DNA from: Octopus vulgaris
Lineage: Eukaryota
Assembly: GCA_951406725.2 (NCBI GenBank)
Contig: OX597815.1
Location: forward strand, 154,690,001-154,754,000
Length of the DNA stretch: 64,000 nt
Direction: 5' to 3'
This document shows positions 1 through 11,134 of this stretch, one piece after another. The notes beneath the pieces are model-generated. The model searched no databases. It worked only from the letters and a program-made list of their open reading frames with translations, and was not told the DNA's origin. Every line of letters begins with the position of its first letter. Position 1 is the first letter of the stretch. Position numbers and translations under genes: made by a program.

Positions 1-99
1 TGAAAATTAAAAGAGAGAGCACATATGATAAGACATAATGACGTCTTAAGTAAACCTAGCGGTATTAAGCAAGGATAGGAAAATATTAGACTTATAAAC

Positions 100-212
100 T
101 CTGCATCAGCTGAAGCGTTGTGTTAACAACAAACAAAATTAGGACAAATATTCGTGAATTGTAAATAATGTAAATAATGTTCATATCTAGTTCTCAAATA
201 TAGAACTATATA
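100..212 (+). repeat. pLTR-like fragment (family A), inverted partner of 6860-7000
   Basis: Reverse-complement match to 6860-6965 (gtaaataatgtaaataatgttcat...gttctcaaatatagaac). Confidence 0.75.
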
Positions 213-217
213 TGTGT

Positions 218-264
<47 letters not shown>

Positions 265-278
265 TATGGACTCATTAT

Positions 279-370
<92 letters not shown>

Positions 371-599
371 TATATGAACTCTCTATTGACACTTCCATGT
401 ACGCACACATGCAATCACGCAAATACAAGCACCTATTACTATAGCTGCTGACCTCCCAGATCGACAGTATCACACACGGACACAGACTCTACAACACGCA
501 CACACCACCCACCACCAACGCACACGCTACCACATACACAAGCTACCACACATAAAGATACCAAGCATCTTCACATTCTCCTGTCTCAGAAAGAACTTT

Positions 600-840
600 C
601 TCTTCCTCCTTCAGAAATGTAACCGCTCGTGTGCTGTTAGCAAATTTTCCTCCTTCTCCCTTCATTCTCTTTGAACTTTCCTGCTCTCCTTGTTTCCGAC
701 AAAGAGCTATGCTTGAAACGTAACTATGTTCAATTTGCGAGCATCAAAATAAATTGTTCGTGCTAAATCCTCACGTTTGATTCTTTTATTCTTTTTTCAT
801 TCTTTCTCTGTTTTCTTTTATTTTTGGGTTTGAACATGTA
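600..840 (+). repeat. pLTR-like fragment (family B) with hammerhead-like core, inverted partner of 6690-6850
   Basis: ccgacaaagagctatgcttgaaacgtaa and aaatcctcacgt match the reverse complement of 6690-6845. Confidence 0.7.
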
Positions 841-914
841 TAGTAAAAAAGGAAAAAAATTTTTTCGTGCAAATCTGACCCTGATACATACGATACAGCT
901 AAGGGTCAGACCCG

Positions 915-1390
915 ATTCTGATTGGTCAACAAGTTGATGACGTCTAGCTCTGCTAGAATGGACAGGATACAAATAGGGGACAGTCATTAGTCAGAATATT
1001 GATGACGTCCTTTTCTGCTTGAATAGTCACCTAACAAGTACAGACAGGGGGCAGATCTAATGTAGCTATAAGTCGTGATTGGGCAGAATCTGGATGACGT
1101 CCCGCTCTGCTTGACTAACGAAGCGACTGGTCAAAACAGGAAACAAACAAGAGGCAGATATAATGCAGCGATTGGTCAAAATAATGATGACGTCCCGTTC
1201 TACTTGACTAACGAAGCGACTGGTCAAAACAGGAAACAAACAAGAGGGAGTTATAATGCAGCGATTGGTCAAAATAATGATGACGTCCCGTTCTACTTGA
1301 TTAAAGCCACCTAACGAAACGATTGGTCAAAACATTGATGACGTCACGCTACGCTAGATTGACCACCTAACAGGCATTATAAAACCGAGC
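915..1390 (+). promoter_or_regulatory. Putative Pol II promoter array in the pLTR (CRE/ATF sites, inverted CCAAT boxes, TATA); repeated at ~5697-6166
   Basis: Six GATGACGT sites including a perfect TGACGTCA at 1339-1346, about five ATTGG, and TATAAAA at 1378-1384. Confidence 0.55.
1094..1300 (+). repeat. 93-bp tandem repeat (2 copies plus a partial) inside the pLTR
   Basis: The unit gatgacgtcccg...gcgattggtcaaaataat recurs at 1094, 1187 and 1280. Confidence 0.9.
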
Positions 1391-1685
1391 ATTTCACAAA
1401 AACTCACTAGAACCACCCAGCGAACTTCCACCATGGGTCATCACAATTGCTTAAGGTAAAAATGAATTCCTCGCTCTTTCGGAAACATCAATCTTCTGTA
1501 TTGACCGCTTTCCACCACTTTGATCTGTTTTTTGTATTGAATACGTATCGCCACCGTGGGCCACTGCATCGAACACTTTGAACATATACTTCAAACTATA
1601 TATCAACTATACATGAACTCTAAGATGTCTGACTCCGTTGTGTATTATAAATGAATTTCTTGTGTTTGACGGCATGAGCTGTCTT

Positions 1686-1757
1686 TTTTTATATATAACT
1701 TTTTTTTGATAAGGTTCATTTCAGGAACTGAAACATGTTATAATGTATATATAAAAA
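1686..1757 (+). ncRNA. Minimal type I hammerhead ribozyme, U3-A8 variant, in the 5' pLTR
   Basis: TTGATAA-GGTTC(atttcag)GAACT-GAAA-CATG-TT; outer stem tttttatatata/tatatataaaaa. Confidence 0.65.
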
Positions 1758-1871
1758 TTAAAAATTGTATAATACAGCAGCATTTTCGAACTTCATTTTT
1801 TACAAATATATACCTACTCGTATACGAGCTAATCCTATTATAAATATCATATCACGTACGAGCTCCCGAAA

Positions 1872-3274
1872 ATGCCTGCTAAAAAAGACACCAACGACAT
1901 CTCCTCAATAAATGAAGAGATACTGAAAGAATTGAAAAGCATAAATTCAAACCTAACAGCAGTGTTAAACAAACTCAACTTAACACCTTGACCTTCTACA
2001 CAAACTAACGAGGAAACCGAATCGAATAAAACACCATCCGAAATATTCGAGAAAGTTGAAAATCCATGCGATACAATGACGACATTCTTCACAAACTTTA
2101 CGAAACAAGAGCAACAAAAAGAAGGAACACATGAGAAGAACCGAGCAACTTCAACATTACAAATAAAGAACCAAGTCCTCCCCAATGGAGAACACTACAG
2201 CGAAACAGAAAATTCGCTTTTTGGAAAATGATACAAAATCAGAATAAAGCAGAGATTTACCAAAAATGGCTAGACTCAACACCCCTAGTCATACCCCGTA
2301 AATTACAAATCAAACCCATCTCGGAAGAACCAGAAGAACAAAGAAAACTTAGAGAAAAAATGTCATTAGAAAAAATGAAGATGGAAATAGAACTACTTAA
2401 GCTGAGAGCTAAAACGAATGAAGGAAAAGTAAAAACCATAGACGAGGAAATCAACGAAGAAGTCATCAAACTAATAGACGACAACAATACTGAAACATTA
2501 CCAGCACTATGGAATGAAGAATGTGAAAAAGAGGAACTTAAGTCCCTCCAACGATGGGAAAAGAGCGCCGTCTGGTTTCTAGATTATGAAACCAACTTCA
2601 AAAATGAACACATATCCAACAACCCCTTCATAAAATTAAGCAAATCAAAACCAAATACCAATAGAACGGAACAACCACCAAGAAATCCTACCACACTCTA
2701 CCCCAGAAAAGTACACCTAAAACACACCCCACACTACCTACACCAACCCCAAAACACCTACAGAGGCCCACCACACCAGTTCGAAAATAGACATACCAAC
2801 AGAGCAGAACAACCACCAAGAAATCCAAACACACTCTACACCAGAAAAATGCAGTTAAAACGCACCCCACACTACCTACACCAACCCCAAAACACTTATA
2901 GGGTCCCACCACACCATTCCACGAACCTAAGAGCCACAACATACAATACTATAAAATACAACCCACATAACCAAACCAAAACGCTACTACCAAACATCCA
3001 CCCCAGGAACCAACCATATAACCATAACAAACAACAAATGCACTACGGAGGAAACAACTACCAACACAATATACCTGAGGAACTAAGACGTAACACTAGG
3101 TTCAACAACAGACTCCAGAACAGAGCACCACAAACTCACTCTGACAATTATAACAACATGAGACAGATAAATAATAGCTTTGAACATAACTACACCAACC
3201 ATTTTTTAGACCCCACACACAGGAACAGGGACACACGATGGCAAAGACAAACAAAAGAAACCTCAGGTAATTAA
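1872..3274 (+). pseudogene. PLE ORF1 or N-terminal region: coiled-coil plus N/Q/P/H-rich low-complexity domain, disrupted
   Basis: ATG at 1872, in-frame TGA at 1989, -1 shift at the C4 run 2180-2183 into the 348-aa ORF 2228-3274; internal ~46-aa tandem duplication. Confidence 0.7.
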
Positions 3275-5533
3275 GATAATCAATCTCTCAAACAAAGAAC
3301 TTACACCTAACGAAATAAGCATACTCTCTAAAGGACTTAAATTTACACCCACCCCACAACGTTCTAATTATTATGAAATGAAAGATGATATTTCGGAATT
3401 TTGCAGAAAACTAAGACTCACCGAGGCATTTCAAGACAAACAAATACAGGAGGACTCAATAGCTAGAAACAAGAGCAATTACACCCCCACCAAAGGTAAG
3501 AATAAAGCCTTAGACCGCTATTGTGACTACATAACTAATTTCCCGTTTCAATTCATCAAGAAACAAAAACACAGCCCTAACTTCAACAAAAGAGAATGGA
3601 ACGACCTCATCAAACTAAGAGAAGACAAAACAATAACAATTAAGGAGGCAGATAAGGGCAACGCGATAGTAATAATGAATACAAACAATTATAAAAATTT
3701 AGTGCTATCCCTATTAAGAGATGAAACGTATTATGAAAGGGCCCAACAGTATAACCAGCAAAAAATAATGCATAACCTTAGGACATTAATCAACACATAC
3801 CAAGAAGGACTCACGAACAAGGAGTATGAATACATCACTAACTTCAAATGCAAATCGAGTTTGTTCTATGGTATCCCTAAGGTACACAAAAGCCAAACCA
3901 TTAGAGAAACGTGCAAAACATCCACCGAGACACTCATCAAAATCCCTTCACCAAATGATCTTAAACTAAGACCGATAATAGCAGGGCCAGCATGTGAAAC
4001 TCACCGCCTCAGCAATTTCTTAGACACACTTCTTAAACCTTTCCTAAAACACATCAAAAGCTACGTAAGAGACGATATAGATATGCTCAACCACCTCCCT
4101 AAAACCGTCAATGAGAAAACCCTTCTAGTATCATTCGACGTAGTTAATCTTTATTCTAACATCCCTCACAACCTAGGAATAGAAGCGATCACCTTCTGGC
4201 TGAATAACTACCCCTTTGAACTCCCAACTCGCATAAACAAAGACCTTATAATAGAAGGACTTAGATTCATTTTAGAGAACAATTATTTTATTTTTGACAA
4301 TGATTTCTACAGGCAAAGATCGGGAACAGCGATGGGCACGCGTACTGCACCATCTTTTGCCAACCTAGTGATGGGATACCTCGAGAAAATACTATACCGG
4401 ATGACACTCGAGAAATATGGAAACACCTTCGCCACCTATATCCATAACAACTGGAAAAGATACCTCGATGACTGTTTCATCATCTGGGACAAAGGCATAG
4501 AGAAACTTGAGGAATTTAAAATTCTATTAAATGGAATAAATGACAATATACAATTCACGATGGACCACAACGAAAAAGAATTACCATTTTTAGACATCCT
4601 CATTAAGAAAACAGGCAACAAAATAGAGACAGATATCTACTATAAACCGACAGACTCTAAACAGTACCTACCCTTTGATTCATGCCACCCACGACACACT
4701 AGAATGAATGTCACTTTTGTTTAGCTAGAAGGATTTGCACCATAATATCAGACACAAACACCCGACACACACGTCTCCAGGAACTTAGAAACACACTCAC
4801 AAATAGAAACTATCCACAGCCCCTAATAGACAGTGCAATCCAACGGGTACTTAAATTAAGTATAGAAGACCTGAGACAAACAAAACCAAAAAAGAAAGAA
4901 CAATTAAAAACCCTTCCCTACATCTCTACACACAACCCACTCAACAATGAGGCCTTCAACACCATACTACAAAGCACAGCCCTACTAAAGGGAGACCCAA
5001 AGATGAACCGGATCCTCGAAACACACACCATCATTAAAAGTAAACGGCAACCAAAATCCTTGAAAAGGATTTTAACCCAAGCTACACTGCACTCAACATC
5101 AACCACAAAACCAGCAGTTAGAAAATGTGGAAGGCCCAACTGCTGAATCTGTGTCATCTTGAAAGAAGGATCAGAATTTATACTGGAACAAGGCCACCAG
5201 TTCACCATTAGAACAAACTTCACCTGCGCATCAGAAAACTTAATTTACGTCATAACATGCGCAGGCTGCAATAGGCAGTATATAGGCCATACAAAAAATA
5301 GCTTACGTAACAGGATGGCGGTGCATAAATCACAAATTAGAAACCCTGATTACCGCAAAATACCGGTCAGCGGACACATAGATAGATGTGCTGGAAATGT
5401 AAATCCGAAATTTACAACTAACCCGCTCTATAAATTCAGTGACAACGCAACCTTCACACAACGCCAAAATAAAGAACTATATTTCATAAAAAAATTTAGA
5501 CCAAGTTTAAACACCCTGGGCCAGGAATACTAA
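3238..5533 (+). pseudogene. PLE reverse transcriptase plus GIY-YIG endonuclease, disrupted
   Basis: The RT frame is open from 3210 through 4724. A 1-nt shift at the T4 run 4715-4718 restores CLARRICTII. TGA at 5144 in the Zn-knuckle; GIY-YIG ORF 5159-5533. Confidence 0.92.
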
Positions 5534-5622
5534 AACAAAAGATAAGTCCTCCGAAAGGGAGAAGCGGGGTTCCACCACGGCCGCTGCTTCAAACAGACAC
5601 TCACTCTGACGGAAATATGCCT

Positions 5623-6604
5623 TAGTAAAAAAGGAAAAAAATTCTTTCGTGCAAATCTGACCCTGATACATACGATACAGCTAAGGGTCAGACCCGATTC
5701 TGATTGGTCAACAAGTTGATGACGTCTAGCTCTGCTAGAATGGACAGGATACAAACAGGGGACAGTCATTAGTCAGAATATTGATGACGTCCTTTTCTGC
5801 TTGAATAGTCACCTAACAAGTACAGACAGGGGGCAGATCTAATGTAGCTATAAGTCGTGATTGGGCAGAATCTGGATGACGTCCCGCTCTGCTTGACTAA
5901 CGAAGCGACTGGTCAAAACAGGAAACAAACAAGAGGCAGATATAATGCAGCGATTGGTCAAAATAATGATGACGTCCCGTTCTACTTGACTAACGAAGCG
6001 ACTGGTCAAAACAGGAAACAAACAAGAGGGAGTTATAATGCAGCGATTGGTCAAAATAATGATGACGTCCCGTTCTACTTGATTAAAGCCACCTAACGAA
6101 ACGATTGGTCAAAACATTGATGACGTCACGCTACGCTAGATTGACCACCTAACAGGCATTATAAAACCGAGCATTTCACAAAAACTCACTAGAACCACCC
6201 AGCGAACTTCCACCATGGGTCATCACAATTGCTTAAGGTAAAAATGAATTCCTCGCTCTTTCGGAAACATCAATCTTCTGTATTGACCGCTTTCCACCAC
6301 TTTGATCTGTTTTTTGTATTGAATACGTATCGCCACCGTGGGCCACTGCATCGAACACTTTGAACATATACTTCAAACTATATATCAACTATACATGAAC
6401 TATATATCAACTATACATGAACTCTAAGATGTCTGACTCCGTTGTGTATTATAAATGAATTTCTTGTGTTTGACGGCATGAGCTGTCTTTTTTTATATAT
6501 AACTTTTTTTGATAAGGTTCATTTCAGGAACTGAAACATGTTATAATGTATATATAAAAATTAAAAATTGTATAATACAGCAGCATTTTCGAACTTCATT
6601 TTTT

Positions 6605-6608
<4 letters not shown>
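5623..6608 (+). repeat. 3' pseudo-LTR of the PLE
   Basis: Direct copy of 841-1805 with an extra 22-bp tandem duplication (aactatatatcaactatacatg, ~6376-6419). Confidence 0.95.
6490..6560 (+). ncRNA. Minimal hammerhead ribozyme, U3-A8 variant, in the 3' pLTR
   Basis: Core identical to the 1686-1757 copy. Confidence 0.65.
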
Positions 6609-6686
<78 letters not shown>

Positions 6687-6689
6687 CAT

Positions 6690-6850
6690 ATAATCACATC
6701 AAAATACAGAGAAACAAAGAAACAGGAAAAACAAACATACGTGAGGATTTAACACAAGCAATGTATTAACATGATGCTCGGAAATAGAACATAATTACGT
6801 TTCAAGCATAGCTCCTCGTCGGAAAGTTCAAAGAGAAAGAATGAGAAAAA
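6690..6850 (-). repeat. pLTR-like fragment (family B)
   Basis: Minus strand reads ccgacgaggagctatgcttgaaacgtaa; related copies at ~7755-7930 and ~22985-23165. Confidence 0.7.
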
Positions 6851-6949
6851 CCATTCATATATATATAGTTCTATATTTGAGAACTATGTATGAACATTAT
6901 TTACATTATTTACATGTGACGGATATTTGTCCCCATTTTGTTTGTTGAT

Positions 6950-6996
6950 AACACAACGTTTCAGCTGTTGTACCCTCCAGCATTCATCAGGTATCC
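6950..6996 (-). ncRNA. Minimal hammerhead ribozyme (family A)
   Basis: Minus strand: gatac-CTGATGA-atGCTG..CAGCt-GAAA-CG-TT-gtgtt. Confidence 0.6.
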
Positions 6997-7042
6997 TGGG
7001 GGAATTTCGAACCCGAGTTCTCATTCCTCATATATTTTTCGA

Positions 7043-7076
<34 letters not shown>

Positions 7077-7384
7077 GTTGTTGTTGTTGTTGTTATTGGT
7101 AGTAGTAGTAGTAGTAGTAGTAGTAGTATTCACTGCTTGGAGTCGAACTCTGAATCTTGGTGTTCGCATCCCGCGCCCTTAACCACAATGTTATATGTCT
7201 CTGGGCAATTATGAGGTGAATTTTAGGGCTTATAAATCTAATATTTTCCTACCCTTCCTTAATACTGGTCCCCATATGCTACTCAAATCTGTACTAGGTC
7301 TACTTAGGAGGTTATTATTTCCTAGCATATGTGCTGCCTCTTTTAGATTTCGTGTTTTCCAGTGCTATTTCCTGTCTATTATTT

Positions 7385-7572
7385 AGACATTACAGTGGAA
7401 ACCCGATGGATATAGAAAGAGAGGTAGGCCTAAGAACTCGTGGCGTAGATCAACACAAAAAGAACTAGAGAAAGGGGGACATTCATGGCAGAGCATAAGT
7501 ACAGAAGCAAAAAATTATGCGACATGGAATTCAATTATAAATGGCCTATACTCCGCGTTGGAGGGTTAAAGG
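7385..7572 (+). mobile_element. RTE LINE 3' fragment
   Basis: Translates LQWKPDGYRKRGRPKNSWRRST, a typical RTE C-terminus. Confidence 0.65.
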
Positions 7573-7952
7573 CAGAAAAAGAAATTATATCAACTTTCAT
7601 ATGCACTCACCTCTCTCCCGCACACACAGATACTTATACATTCATATTCACACTCACTGAAATTTTATATCCCTGGTGGTGTACGAATAAACACATGAAG
7701 ATATTACCAAAAATATAGTCGTAAAATCCAGACATTTTACTTCAGAATATATATGGACTGTTAGCAATTTTTCTTCTTCCTTCTTTCTCTTTAAACTTTC
7801 CTCTCTTCATTGATTGCGACGAAGAGCTATGCTTCAAACGTAAAACAACTCTGTTCTTTTTCTGAGCGCCATACTAATACATTGCTTGTGCCACTTAATC
7901 ACATCTGATTGTTTTTCCTTTTTCTTTCTTTCTTTTTTTTTTATTTCTATAT

Positions 7953-8009
<57 letters not shown>

Positions 8010-8372
8010 GTCTTTTATTTGTTTCAGTCGTTTAACTGCGGCCATACTTGAGCACCACCTTTATTGGAGCAAACTGACCCCAGTACTTAGTCTTCGTAAG
8101 CCTAGTGCTCTCTTGCTGAACCTGTAAATTGCGGAGAAAATAAACACACCAGCACCGGTTGGCAAGCGATGTTATAGGGACAAACACAGATACAAACGCG
8201 CACACAGATATATATACGACGGGCTTCTTTTAGTTTCCGTCTACCAAATCCACTCAAAGCTTTGGTATGCCTGAGATTATAGCAGAAGATATTTACCCAA
8301 AGTGTCACGCAGTAGCACTGAAGCCGGAAACATGTGGTTCGGAAGCAAGCTACTTACCACACAGCCACTCCT
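8010..8372 (-). mobile_element. tRNA-derived SINE
   Basis: Minus-strand head ggagtggctgtgtggtaagtagcttgc; homologous to 19021-19498. Confidence 0.75.
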
Positions 8373-8393
8373 ATATGCATACATATAGGATAT

Positions 8394-8548
8394 GAAAATT
8401 GATGTAATAACAAGAGGAAACCCGTGGTTTTCGCTGGTATGCCTTTAACTTAATTAGATAACAAAGAAGCTTCCTCCTTTGTTATCAAAGTAAATTAAGG
8501 CATGCCAGCGAAAATCACGAGTCTCCCCCTGTTGTTATATCCATTTTC
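8394..8548. repeat. Imperfect ~155-bp palindrome
   Basis: cgtggttttcgctggtatgcctt..gataacaaag pairs with ctttgttatc..aaggcatgccagcgaaaatcacg. Confidence 0.85.
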
Positions 8549-8686
8549 TTCTCCTATATAATCTAAACTATGGTTTACCAACCGAACCACCTGCTATCGT
8601 GCAACCTTACAAAAGACTACACCTACCCATGTAATAACAAGGAGCGACTTTGGAATTAATTATCCCTTGGAGGCATTGAACCCCCC

Positions 8687-8764
<78 letters not shown>

Positions 8765-9084
8765 GGCAATAAGAAAGTGGAATGGATCAAGAGGTGGTAT
8801 TCATCGAATTTTATATACTAAATAGTGTATATTTATAAAAAAACCAATTATAATAATATATATAGATGACCAATTAGATAACGTCACTGACCATAACCCC
8901 GTCCCCAATTCCTGCAGGGTTTCAGCAACTCGATAAAGAAAGAGTAACGGGAAATAAAGTATCTCGATTAATACTCGTGAATTTATTACTTTCAGTACCG
9001 ACTAATATCACGAGTATTAATATAAACTCTAACCGACATATTGTGGACCTTTATCTCAAGCCTTCAATAGAATACATATCGCAT

Positions 9085-9135
<51 letters not shown>

Positions 9136-9590
9136 TCTATGGTTGCAGAACAAACAAATATAAAGTCATCCATATCTCGAACACTTAATCACATAATGCT
9201 TTTTCTTTCACATAAAATATACATGCATAAAATCACGGAAGACGAAACAAAACTCATCAATACAAGCATATAGGAAAAATGTGTGAATACAGTCCATCTC
9301 GGTTAAAAGTTAATGATTAATACTTTAGCGACTAAAAAAAATATATTTTTTAACATTACATCTAGAATAATAAATACATAAAAATATAAAGAAATATATA
9401 AATATATAGACATATAAAAAGATATAAAAATACATATATATAGGAAACATATAAATAAATAATATATAAGTTAAGATAAAAGTTCATCGTTTAGAAATTT
9501 TTTCGATTAAAAATTACTTTTCAAGATAAGGAAAACCTATTGTTAAAAGCCAGTCTCCAAGCAAAAAAAAAAAAAGAAACCATATTTACA

Positions 9591-9672
9591 TTCCCTATGG
9601 CCATTTCAGGGGTTCATCACCGTATTTAATGCACGAGGGTGCATCACGATAATTACTCCTTCGTCAGGGGAA
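9591..9672 (-). ncRNA. Type I hammerhead ribozyme with extended stem II, intact core
   Basis: Minus strand: ttccc-CTGACGA-aggag..attatcgt..gatgcac/gtgcatt..acggtgat..cccct-GAAA-TGGCCA-TA-gggaa. Confidence 0.8.
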
Positions 9673-10536
9673 AAATAATGAAACACACAGTACGTACCAG
9701 GGCGAGACCTACTTAGCCAAACCTGATGCAATATTGCGTGGTTTCTTATTTAAGAAAATTGAAAAAATTTTTTAGAAAATTAAAAAAATTAAAAAGAAGA
9801 TCTATATCTGGCCCAAAAAAACTATATCTATATATTAACTATATAAATGGCTGTATTAAATTATTCCTATACACTTCTTAAAAGTGTATAGGAATAAAAA
9901 AATTGTAGCAAGTAAATAATTTAGCTCTTACGGGGAATTGAAACCGTCGAGGTTGAATTTAATTTAATGGGTTTGACCGTGTGTGTATACATTTATATAT
10001 ATATATAATTATAAATTTTCTTTAGAAAAGTATAGGAAACATGGAAGTGCTCAAGTCAAACCCGAGACGCTTGACAAGTACAAGAGATACAGAGAAGCGG
10101 TCCAAGCCAGGGAGACTACAATTGGTGTATACAAATACGAATTTAATATGACAGAGTTATCTAAAACATATGAATTCATTCGGAATATAAAGATATAGAA
10201 ATCTAAAAATATATGAATATCTAAAATACGCACGGAAAAATGAATATATAGGTATATATAAACATAATAGAGTACACATAAAAATATAGATTAGAATAAT
10301 GAAATATAGAAAAACATTTCTTTTAAAAATTCAAAATAAATTATGGAATGGAGTAACATATGTTCAAAAAGAGTTTTGGCACCATCTTTAAAGGAAATGA
10401 AGTATTCCGACGATTGTTTCTCAGAAACACTTGTACACACACACACAAACATACATGCACATACATACATACATACATACATGCATACATACATACATAC
10501 ATACATACATACATACATGAATACATACATACATAT

Positions 10537-10601
<65 letters not shown>

Positions 10602-11134
10602 TATATACATATGCTCTTGCTTTTTTATATAGTAATGGATGAGAATGTATTACGTCAAGTTTTACGAACAGCAACAATTTTATTTCTTTGAAGTTTGGAA
10701 AACTAGATATGATTTTATTTTTCATTCTTCTATTTAAAATATATATTATGAATAGTTATTTTTCAAGTGAAAAATCAATTATTCAAGTGATATACTTGTA
10801 TAATATATAATTTGTAAAGCGCTACGATATATTAAAATATCAATATAAACATGCGTGATATGATGCATGTTTTACCAAAATTACATTCGTCTAACGATTC
10901 CTATAGAATTTATAGTTTAAATGCATCTTAAATATAATCTTCAAATGCTGCTTTTAAACCTGTTCCAATTATATGGTTGAACCATATGTTAAAAGAGAGA
11001 GGATCGAGGAAATCTTACTTTGCTATATTATTTCCTTCTCAATAGAAATTCAAGAAAATTATTGTTAAAAATATTGCTATAACATCTGTTATCCTTAATC
11101 TTTTAGTATTTTCAATCATCGGTAAGCGACCATG

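Larger units (their letters stand above)
841..1805 (+). repeat. 5' pseudo-LTR of the PLE
   Basis: Nearly identical to 5623-6608; by eye only a couple of substitutions and small indels. Confidence 0.95.
841..6608 (+). mobile_element. Penelope-like retroelement (C-terminal EN+, Neptune/Nematis-like), near full length with two direct pseudo-LTRs
   Basis: Direct repeats 841-1805 and 5623-6608 flank PLE RT motifs (INLS..LSKGLKFTPTP, ADKG, YGIPKVHK, RPII, SFDVVNLY, GTAMG, RYLDD), a CxxxxCxxC linker and a GIY-YIG endonuclease (IYVITCAGCNRQYIG). The 3' end joins (TA)n. Confidence 0.95.

Noticed and set aside
1075-1314. Duplicated 79-aa ORF, or CRISPR-like repeat array, in the pLTRs
   Set aside because: A by-product of the 93-bp tandem repeat; there are no unique spacers and the context is eukaryotic.
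1433-1832. Spliced leader exon (ATG 1433, donor 1456, acceptor 1777/1780) fused to ORF1 and removing the hammerhead
   Set aside because: The phase matches but a TAA at 1830 blocks the frame, and the acceptor has a poor pyrimidine tract. An intron in the UTR remains possible but unsupported.
5144-5146. In-frame TGA codons (1989, 5144) read as selenocysteine, as in selenoprotein-encoding Naiad PLEs
   Set aside because: The TGA at 5144 sits at a non-Cys position of CxxxxCxxC (the related copy near 24745 has Ile), the element has a C-terminal and not an N-terminal EN, and I recognised no SECIS.
841-6608. LTR retrotransposon interpretation
   Set aside because: No TG..CA ends, PBS, protease, RNase H or integrase; the RT and GIY-YIG are PLE-type.
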